A DNA stretch of 20,000 bases from an uncultured virus (IMG/VR IMGVR_UViG_3300005405_000007) (taxonomy: Duplodnaviria; Heunggongvirae; Uroviricota; Caudoviricetes). Numbering within the stretch: position 1 is the stretch's first letter; each line of letters begins with the position of its first letter. The notes beneath the pieces are model-generated. The model saw only the letters and a list, made by a program, of their open reading frames with translations, ran no database searches and was not told the DNA's origin. The stretch lies in the IMG/VR virus record IMGVR_UViG_3300005405_000007; one strand, 5' to 3'. A program made the translations under genes and the position numbers. Below are positions 1 through 8,100 of this stretch, one piece after another.

Positions 1-1927
1 AATAATCAGCAGCAGTTTTTTCGGCCTCCCAAACACTTCCTAAATTATACCTAGTATCGTCATTGTCATAATGACCAACCATTAGTATTTTCATTCTAGG
101 ATTTCTTAAATAAATTTGCTGTACCAGATAAATAAATGCTCCCACACAATAATGTCTATCATTTGGCGTTGCAGGAACACTAGTAAAAGTAGAAGCTAAA
201 GCGTCTCCCGTAGCATCATTGCGGAAATGCTCAAAAACAATTGCATCTGAAATGTCTATATATGATTCGATGCGGCCAAGAATTGTGCCCGTAATTTTAC
301 CGTTTATACTCAAATCACCTTCGATATCTAAAGAATCATCCCAGCAGTACGAGTACGACAATTGTCGCATACTTTTATATATTTCTCCATCCCCTGCCCA
401 CACATCAACAGGTTTAGAAGAAGGGATTCCAGTAACAGGTGTGACGGGGTCGGAACCAACATACGCATCAGCAAACATATTGCTATAGCCTATAACGCTT
501 GCAACCTGCTCGGACGTGTAGCCATCATTAATTAGATAAGACTTCCGGTCTGCTGTAGTCCAGCAATCAAATAACCGTCTCCGTTCATCTTGTGTCATTG
601 ATAAGGAACGCAATACATTTGCCATCCACATTCCTGTTATACCTAAATCATCCCCAAGGTCTGAAGAATCATAGACTGAACTACCGATGCGCATCATTGA
701 CGAACCGACTGCATTATTAATTACGGTTGCTCCAAGTGCCGCACCAACAAGGATAGGATGTCCCTGTTCGGGAATGGAAGTACCCGTCCATAAAAGTATT
801 TTACCCGCCAAATATAATTCTCCCTGTGAGATTTTTTGCATTTCTTCATAAGTTGCAAGTTTTCTTTTCTCGGAAAGATAATTAACCGTAAGACTTGACG
901 TTAAATTTGTAACATTACTACCATCATTATTCTTTACGATAACTGCAACATATAAAGAATCATCATCAATGGTATATTCTGCAACCCAATCCCCGACAGC
1001 ATTAAAAGGATACCCATATCCTTTATTGTTCGTGAGCACATAAATTAGACAGCCTGAAGATGCTGTAAATCCGCTTATATTATATGTCGGAAGTACAATA
1101 AACGCCCTAGTCAGGATAACAAACTTATTGCCCGTACTGTCGAGGTTGCCAGAAATTAAATTCGCATAAGCACTGGCAATATCTCCGCCATATCTAGTTG
1201 TATTCTCGACCTTTGATAATACTACGTCACCACGACTTACAACAATTAAAATACTGGTTAAATCATGTCCTGATATGTCGATATCGCCTGTATATTTAAC
1301 AATTATATATAAATATTGATAAGTATTTGTGTTGGTAAATGAAGTCACCCAACTCGTTATAGCTGTGAGCGCGGTGCCTTTTATATTAGTTCCATACACA
1401 AGAAAAGAATATCCACTCTTGCAAAATACGTTAGCAACTGGTTTAGAGTCTAATACGGTATTTGCTCTAATATTACTCGCAGCGATTGAACCGTTAGTAA
1501 CATTAAATGTACCAATAATTAATTCGACATTAGATTCCGATATTGTGCCGGAAAAATTATCGCCAATCAAATCATTAATTTTACCAAACTGTCCTCTGAC
1601 TGCGCTACCTATATTTGCGTAGGTTATCCCATCTGCCCCAACCCGACCGTCAATTAACTCCGCATCTCCCGTTGTGCTTCCTTCCGATAACGTTGCAAGA
1701 TTTGTTATTCTTGCGCTTTCTAAAGCCAGATCTACTTGGCTTGCTTTTGCTACAAGCTCTGTCGTAGTTTGTGCCTGTAGTTCGCTAACAGTGGTAACTA
1801 TTTCTTGTAAAGCACCTTCAACTTCAGTTGCAGTTATTATATTTCCTGAATCTGTTAGTGTAACTTTACTAGCACTAACTCCTACTTCTTGCCACGCTGA
1901 ACCATCCCAATATTTATTTTTAGCCAT
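1..1927 (-). CDS. Tail-associated protein with C-terminal SGNH/GDSL-like hydrolase domain (3'-truncated by the window, >=642 codons)
   Basis: Translated by hand: ATG at 1927 preceded by AAGGAG, with no stop to the window edge. Starts MAKNKYWDGSAWQEVG..TATEVEGALQEI..GDAELIDGRVGADGITYANIGSAVRGQ. Later blocks KILLWTGTSIP (Ser at 776-778), INNAVGSS and AIVFEHFRND match SGNH blocks I-III. Confidence 0.85.
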   Translation of the reverse strand, partial: MAKNKYWDGSAWQEVGVSASKVTLTDSGNIITATEVEGALQEIVTTVSELQAQTTTELVAKASQVDLALESARITNLATLSEGSTTGDAELIDGRVGADGITYANIGSAVRGQFGKINDLIGDNFSGTISESNVELIIGTFNVTNGSIAASNIRANTVLDSKPVANVFCKSGYSFLVYGTNIKGTALTAITSWVTSFTNTNTYQYLYIIVKYTGDIDISGHDLTSILIVVSRGDVVLSKVENTTRYGGDIASAYANLISGNLDSTGNKFVILTRAFIVLPTYNISGFTASSGCLIYVLTNNKGYGYPFNAVGDWVAEYTIDDDSLYVAVIVKNNDGSNVTNLTSSLTVNYLSEKRKLATYEEMQKISQGELYLAGKILLWTGTSIPEQGHPILVGAALGATVINNAVGSSMMRIGSSVYDSSDLGDDLGITGMWMANVLRSLSMTQDERRRLFDCWTTADRKSYLINDGYTSEQVASVIGYSNMFADAYVGSDPVTPVTGIPSSKPVDVWAGDGEIYKSMRQLSYSYCWDDSLDIEGDLSINGKITGTILGRIESYIDISDAIVFEHFRNDATGDALASTFTSVPATPNDRHYCVGAFIYLVQQIYLRNPRMKILMVGHYDNDDTRYNLGSVWEAEKTAADY

Positions 1928-1930
1928 TAG

Positions 1931-2710
1931 TTAAACCATCTCCTTAATTAAATATTTTAAATCTTCTGGAACATCTTCAATATAATAAATTTTATATTTT
2001 CTAAAAGTTCGTTGAAATGGATTTTCATTTAACTGTCGTTGAATGCCTCTTGTACTGATGTCTATTTCCTCACTACATCTGGTTTGATTATTCCACATCC
2101 CGATATAATTATTATTTTTATCAAACAAAACAAATTCTCTATGTATATTATTTATTATTATCAACCTATCTCTCAATTTATCTTCTGTAAACTCATCTTT
2201 AAAAAATAATATTTTCTCCTTGACTGAGTGTTTATTTTTCTTTCCTCTTAAAACATTATTAACACTTTGTACACAACTTCCAATCTCTATAGCAAAAGCA
2301 CTTTGAGATATACAACTTCTCTCAAAATTACCTTCCATATCAAAAACTAAAAATTCCTTACCTCCATTCATTACGGATAAATCATCTGCATTACTGTCTG
2401 TTTTCTTACCAAATTGCCCACCTATACTCATATTATATCCACCAGTTCTAAAGCAATCGTAGTAATCAATCCAGTACAGTTCTTTCTCATCCAATTCTTC
2501 TTGATTTTCAGCAACATCAATTATGGACCACTCAAATTTGTCTGCACCATATTTAATAATTGCCAAATGAAAAGCGTAACTACTACCATTATTCGCTTGA
2601 CTAATATGTTCTTTCTTTCTTCTATTTAGATTTCTTATTGTTTGACCAATATATCTTTTATTATTTACTACATTTGTAGCACAATATATTATCCCGTAAC
2701 TATCTTCCAT
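1931..2710 (-). CDS. Free-standing GIY-YIG homing endonuclease with two NUMOD1-like DNA-binding repeats
   Basis: GIIYCATNVVNNKRYIGQT..RRKKEH..ELYWIDYY..GYNMSIGG catalytic motifs. Repeats EFLVFDMEGNFERS.. and EFVLFDKNNNYIGM... RBS AAGGAGG. Confidence 0.9.
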   Translation of the reverse strand: MEDSYGIIYCATNVVNNKRYIGQTIRNLNRRKKEHISQANNGSSYAFHLAIIKYGADKFEWSIIDVAENQEELDEKELYWIDYYDCFRTGGYNMSIGGQFGKKTDSNADDLSVMNGGKEFLVFDMEGNFERSCISQSAFAIEIGSCVQSVNNVLRGKKNKHSVKEKILFFKDEFTEDKLRDRLIIINNIHREFVLFDKNNNYIGMWNNQTRCSEEIDISTRGIQRQLNENPFQRTFRKYKIYYIEDVPEDLKYLIKEMV

Positions 2711-2734
2711 TTTTCCTCCTTAAAATTACACATC

Positions 2735-2763
2735 AAAAAAAGACAGGTGATTAAACCTGTCTT
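2735..2763 (-). terminator. Intrinsic terminator upstream of the GIY-YIG gene
   Basis: Minus strand AAGACAGGT-TTAATC-ACCTGTCTT followed by TTTTT. Confidence 0.75.
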
Positions 2764-2808
2764 AGTAAAACTATATTGTTTTTTTATTTAATAATCGGAT
2801 TAATATAT

Positions 2809-4005
2809 TTATACACTTAAATCTAACCAAACATCATATAAATTTGGTGCTAATGGAGCAGTAAAACTTACCGTTACTTTTTTTACCAAAGTATCATAAA
2901 CAGTAATACTCAAAGTATCAATCCATACCCAAGTACTACCATCATATCGATATAATTTCCCGTCATCAGTTGTTCTTACTGTCCAATAAATTTGTGGGTT
3001 TGGATATGTTGTTGCTATTGCTGAATAAGTCTCCACAGGATTTTTTAATATCATTTTTGATGTATTTATCATATTTTGATATTCAGTTACTCTTGCATTT
3101 TCATTTTCTATTCTAATATTTTCATTAGTTATTCGAGTATTTTCTGCCTCAATAGAATATTGATTATTTTGAATCAAAATTTCAAGATTACCTTTAGTTA
3201 CATTAGCTTCATCATTTATATTTGTTAAATCTGTTTTTGTTGCCAATGCTATACTATTAAAATTATCCAATAAAGTTTTTGTTGCAGAAGCAATTTCATT
3301 ACTGGAATCTAAATTATTTTTTGTTACATTAGCATTTGAAATTGTTGATGCTAAAGTTGATGTTGTTGAATTTCCTGTTGTAATTGCCGTGTTTAGATTA
3401 GATAAAACCGTAGAGGCACTACCAACACTATTTGCCACGTCCTGCATCGATTCCGTTGATGCACCATTTACCGATTTTGTATAAATTCTTTCAGCCGGGA
3501 TCTCGATAACTCCCCGTCCAAAATATGACGCTAAAACTGTTTGCCCAATTTCTGAAGAATTAAAAGTAATTATGGAATTCAAATAATTTACATAAAAAGA
3601 ATTAATAGATAAACCTGTAACTGTTTTAGATTCATTGTAACAAGCAATAGAGTATACAGAAGTATTATCTGGATTTGTTGTCCATATTCCAGATATTGTT
3701 GCTACTTTTGTACTACCCGCATAATCTGTAATTAATTTTGATTGCCCTGCGCCAGTTCCCCCTGTGATAGTTATTGTAAAATTATTATATCTATCATCTA
3801 TAATTGAAGCACTGGATGTTAAAGTTATTGTGCTCGATGACCCTGCTTGTGCTGTACCAACCAATACAGCAGTTACACCCTGAAATTCACTGGGAAGTTC
3901 ATCAAGAACTATTTTACTTTCATTAGAAATTACACACAAATCTTCTTTGCTAACTAAATCTTCTCTTAATTCATACAGAAGTGGATTATTAAATTCAAAT
4001 GCCAT
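2809..4005 (-). CDS. Phage tail-associated (baseplate/fibre adaptor) protein
   Basis: 398 aa, RBS GAGGAGG. Central coiled-coil with E..RI.NE repeats. C-terminal TYPNP..WTV..GKLYRYDGSTW motif typical of Firmicute phage tail proteins. Located downstream of Tal. Confidence 0.7.
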   Translation of the reverse strand: MAFEFNNPLLYELREDLVSKEDLCVISNESKIVLDELPSEFQGVTAVLVGTAQAGSSSTITLTSSASIIDDRYNNFTITITGGTGAGQSKLITDYAGSTKVATISGIWTTNPDNTSVYSIACYNESKTVTGLSINSFYVNYLNSIITFNSSEIGQTVLASYFGRGVIEIPAERIYTKSVNGASTESMQDVANSVGSASTVLSNLNTAITTGNSTTSTLASTISNANVTKNNLDSSNEIASATKTLLDNFNSIALATKTDLTNINDEANVTKGNLEILIQNNQYSIEAENTRITNENIRIENENARVTEYQNMINTSKMILKNPVETYSAIATTYPNPQIYWTVRTTDDGKLYRYDGSTWVWIDTLSITVYDTLVKKVTVSFTAPLAPNLYDVWLDLSV

Positions 4006-4046
4006 TTATTTATTTCCTCCTCTTTATTTATAAACATAAACAACAC

Positions 4047-4078
4047 AAAAAGAGACTCCATATCATAGAGTCCCTTTC
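4047..4078 (-). terminator. Intrinsic terminator of the PPC-like moron
   Basis: Minus strand AAGGGACTCTA-TGATA-TGGAGTCTCTT then TTTGTGTT. Confidence 0.75.
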
Positions 4079-4109
4079 CCCCCATCTATCACTATACCCA
4101 TACTTATTA

Positions 4110-4610
4110 CTACTTCTTATTACTAAAACTCGTACTAAACTTATAATTCAATCCATTATACCCATTAACATTAATGTAATAAACTCCTGGTTCTAAAGAT
4201 ATTTTAAGTTCTCTTCCATAAGTAAATCCGCGTGAACTTAATAATGAACTAACTTCTATTTCATTATTATCGCTGTCATATAGAGAAATTGCGAAATATG
4301 AACTAATATCATAGCATAATTTTGATTTATTTGAAAAATACTGGAATGCATTTCCTCTAATCGTCAATTCACCTTTCTTAGTAATTTTTAATTTATAATA
4401 GTCATAATTTTCAAATTGATCAGTTACACCATTCACTTTTTTATTCAATTTGATAGTATTTGCTTGAGATATTGAATTATTTGGTTCTTTTTCGTTAAAA
4501 TCTGAACTAGCCATCACTGGAATTGCCGATACAAGCAATAAGGAAATTGATAATATAGATGTAGCAAATAATCTACCTAATCTTTTTGTATTTAATTTCT
4601 TCATATTCAT
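4110..4610 (-). CDS. Secreted protein with a PPC / collagenase-CBD-like beta domain (moron)
   Basis: Sec signal peptide (basic N-region, hydrophobic core, VMA/S). EKEPNNSISQAN motif, DYYKL and LEPGVYYINV, all typical of pre-peptidase C-terminal domains. The start may be the second Met at 4604. Confidence 0.75.
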   Translation of the reverse strand: MNMKKLNTKRLGRLFATSILSISLLLVSAIPVMASSDFNEKEPNNSISQANTIKLNKKVNGVTDQFENYDYYKLKITKKGELTIRGNAFQYFSNKSKLCYDISSYFAISLYDSDNNEIEVSSLLSSRGFTYGRELKISLEPGVYYINVNGYNGLNYKFSTSFSNKK

Positions 4611-4651
4611 TTCCTTCCTTTACTATTTTTTGTATTTTTGTTTATGTGTGT

Positions 4652-4680
4652 AGTATATAGTATTGGGGGAAATAAAGCAA
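4652..4680 (-). promoter_or_regulatory. SigA-type promoter for the PPC-like moron
   Basis: TTGCTT (4680-4675), 17-nt spacer, TATACT (4657-4652), about 40 nt upstream of the start, with an AT-rich upstream tract. Confidence 0.65.
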
Positions 4681-4731
4681 GTGATGAAGTGTAGTTTTTT
4701 AAAATTTTATTTTTGTATTATCATCTAGTGT

Positions 4732-4738
4732 TTCGACA
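4732..4738 (-). promoter_or_regulatory. Candidate Spo0A box (TGTCGAA)
   Basis: Exact TGNCGAA match in the intergenic region about 50 bp upstream of the moron -35. A single 7-mer, so it could be chance. Confidence 0.3.
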
Positions 4739-4853
4739 CATATATACAAAATAGATAAAATTTTTTAAATCTTAGACAAAGTAATCGAAACAAAATTATG
4801 ATTATAACTTTTATTCACTGAACGAATTTTAACATAATCCGTAAATGTATTTC

Positions 4854-5093
4854 CTATATATATTCTTCTGACAACTCATTATCTTTCATATAAATCTTTA
4901 TCAAGTTTAATGAACTTAGAAATTTATCATGAATTTCAATTACATCTGGCAATATTCCCTCGGAATCTTTACCAATCATTATATTTAATAATACATTTAT
5001 CGGATTAGAGATATTGTCAACATATTCTCGAATGTCATTTATTTTATTAAATGATTCTCCGCTAGATAATTCTACTCTACTTACCACTCTCAA
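4854..5093 (-). CDS. Hypothetical 79-aa phage protein
   Basis: TTG start close to a GAGGTGA RBS, 26 nt after the Tal stop. No recognised motif. Confidence 0.55.
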   Translation of the reverse strand: MRVVSRVELSSGESFNKINDIREYVDNISNPINVLLNIMIGKDSEGILPDVIEIHDKFLSSLNLIKIYMKDNELSEEYI

Positions 5094-5119
5094 TCACCTC
5101 ACTTTATAATAATGTTATT

Positions 5120-8100
5120 TTACTGATGTACGAAATTAGCTTCTACCCACTGCTTAACAAGAATTATTTGATCATCTATATAGGACAGTGCCCCACTTAT
5201 TTCATCTAATGCTGTGTTCGCTGTGCTTGATGCCGTATTTGCCGTATTAGATGCGCTTATTGCTATTGAAAGAGCATCACTTGCTGCCATATTTGCAGCA
5301 TTTGCTGTTGTTGCTGCTGAATTAGCATTAGTAAGAGCAGTATTTGCCGTATCTAATGCTGTTTGGATATCAGTCTCAGTAGATGATGTGTTTTGTGTCC
5401 ATCCACCATTACTAATTAAATACAATAAATGAGCCTTAGTTGAATAATAATTATGAAAATAATTATTAAAATCATTTCTATTTATAGTTATCGTATCGGA
5501 TGTAGACAACGAAAGAGTAGATATATAACTAGCTAATGCATTATATGCAGGTGTAAAATAGTTAGTAGCATACAATGCTGATCCACCAATAGTTATATTC
5601 AATCCACCTTCAGTAGTATAAAAGGTTTGATTTATAATCTCAGGATATTCAGAGTATATAACATCCCACTCTTTACTCACAAACTTTTTCTCAAATGCTA
5701 AAAGTTTAGAATCATCTGCATAGTCTTCCAATATATCCATAGCTTGAGTATCCTGTATTTTTGCCCATGTATAGGCAGTAACTAATGATGAATCTAAGTA
5801 ATAAAAATCCGTATAGGTTCCTATATAAGTTCCGGGATCTTCACCATTATTTGTTGTAAAAGTTGACCCTCCATCATTTGAATATTTAATATGAAGATAT
5901 GAACTAGAGCCATTAGAACCAGGAGTCCCATCTGTGCCTACTATTTTACTCCATGTATATTTTGTAGGATCTGTAGACGCTGTTGGGTTTGAATCAGAAT
6001 AAATTCCTATATAAGTACCACTAGCAAAATTAAAACCTGATGTTCCATCACTATTTGTTGCATAAGCAATATGCATATAAGAAGCTTTTGTATCAGCATA
6101 TTCTTTAGCAGATGTCGCAATAAATTCCAATAACTCTTCTCTCGTGCTATAATAATCACTGAACTTACCATCAAATTCATCTCTATCAATGTTAGTAGTT
6201 TTGGTAAGATCACTTAAAATCGGAGTTGGATTACTAGTATTATTAGGAAGAACCGTAACCAAAAGATAAGTATATAGAGCATTATAAGCAGTATCATAAG
6301 GTATGTAATAAGAAGTCATCTCAGTTGATGGATACAATAATGCCTGTGCGTCTAAATTTATTTTTTCTACAACTATTGTATCCCATATTGGTTTTAATTG
6401 AGTTTTTTCGCTTTTTGTTATTTTATTACCGTCTGAAATATCACTTAATTCTTCCAATGCTAAAATGGCATCTGTTTTCGCCTTATTTGCTAATGCCTTT
6501 GTTATATTTGCTACAATATCATCAGTATATTCATTAGAATCAATCCAGTCCGTAGCGACATAGCTTCCAGTTTCTTTTTCTACCACACAAATATTCACAC
6601 TATTGTTTGCTAATTCTAACCATAAGTCCTGAATACTGTAAGGAGGTTGTGGTGTTACTGTAAATATTCGAACGCTGGCATCTATAGACCCTTGGGACAT
6701 TGAAGCTGATTTTAAAGCATTTAGTACATTTGTGTCGGTAATTTGTTCCCATAATGTGCCACTAAATCTGTAACCATATCCAGTAGATATATCGTAAAAT
6801 AAATCTCCTATATGATAATTTTTTATTGTTGTTGTCGTCCACTCACTAGCAGGTAAATTCAATAAAGTAGGAGCATATCCATAAAACCAACATTCAATTT
6901 TACTATCTGTTTGATTACTAAAATTTGTAGTATCTGCTGTATATAATATATTCACAAATTCTACTAATTTAGCACTTACTACTGTATTTGCTATTTCTGC
7001 TTGCATTGTTGATATTTTTGTTTGTAATAATGCTTTTGTATCTGACACATTTTGTAAATAAGTAGCAATTGTTTCTTTATCTGTCGCAGTTATTACAATC
7101 GGAGGAATATAAGCACTACTTGGTTTACCTATCCATTGGTTTAATTCTGTAGTTAAGTTATTTATTGCCGTTACATAATTCATTTTTTCATTTGCGGGAT
7201 TATCACTATCTCCTAATCCTAAATCAGTGGCTAGTTGTATAAATGGTTGAGATTCTGCGATAATCTGTGCTAAACTTGATGACAAATCATTTGCGTCCTT
7301 TTCACTGACACTTCCATCACCTAAATCAGTGTTTACAATTTGAGCTAAATTCACAATGGATTCTGCCAAACCAGTTATAGCATCAGATAAATATGTTTTT
7401 GCTACACCCATAATTGCTTTAAGCAAATTAATTTTTACAGCATAATATGTTGAAAAATTATCAAGAAATAAATTTGTAACTGTAGAACTATGTGTCATAT
7501 CTGATAATATAGGTGTGATATAGTCATATAATATTGAATATCCTACTTCATAAACATCCAAAGAATTACTTATAGTTGGATAATTTGTTAAATCATAATA
7601 ATTCGCACTCGCTTCAATATTGGGTTTTTCTGCAACAATAGCATCCCAATATTTTTTTACTGTTTTCTTTTCAGTAGTGGTTATTAATCCATTAGTAGAT
7701 ACAATTTTAGTTAAATCTAAATTTGCTGCATCTGCCTCTACTATTGCTTTTTGTACTGCTAATGTTGCTTCAGCAGATATTAATGTTGAACCAATTGCAA
7801 TTCCATAGGGAGTGCCATCGATTATTTTTGTTGTAATATCCGCATAAGGAGATTTTGTTCCTGAATCACTAAATACTTCCAATCCAGTTCCTTTGAATAA
7901 TCCTGGAATACCAATGAATGCAAATGGAAATTTACCAACTCCTGTGTCTGTACCTGTCCCTCCAACTTTAATCATTGCATCTAATAATGCTTGGTTCCAA
8001 CCTATTGAATTATATGATGTCAATACTATAATTACACTATCATCAAATGTTGCTGTATCAGTATATGAATTCAATTTTGTTGCTAATGCAGTTCTTGCTG

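Noticed and set aside
1925..2814. Group I intron containing the GIY-YIG gene (a U|...G splice could join DLS to AKNKYWDG in frame)
   Set aside because: Only about 100 nt of non-coding sequence upstream (containing a terminator) and 3 nt downstream. There is no convincing P7 pair: TTCAACGAACT / AAGATGTTC inside the ORF is only a loose look-alike. The downstream gene has its own RBS and ATG. RT-PCR across the junction would settle it.
5200..5370. Low-complexity GCT/GCA-rich repeat
   Set aside because: Explained by Ala-rich heptad coiled-coil coding (A..TA..A) at the Tal C-terminus. It is not a DNA repeat element.
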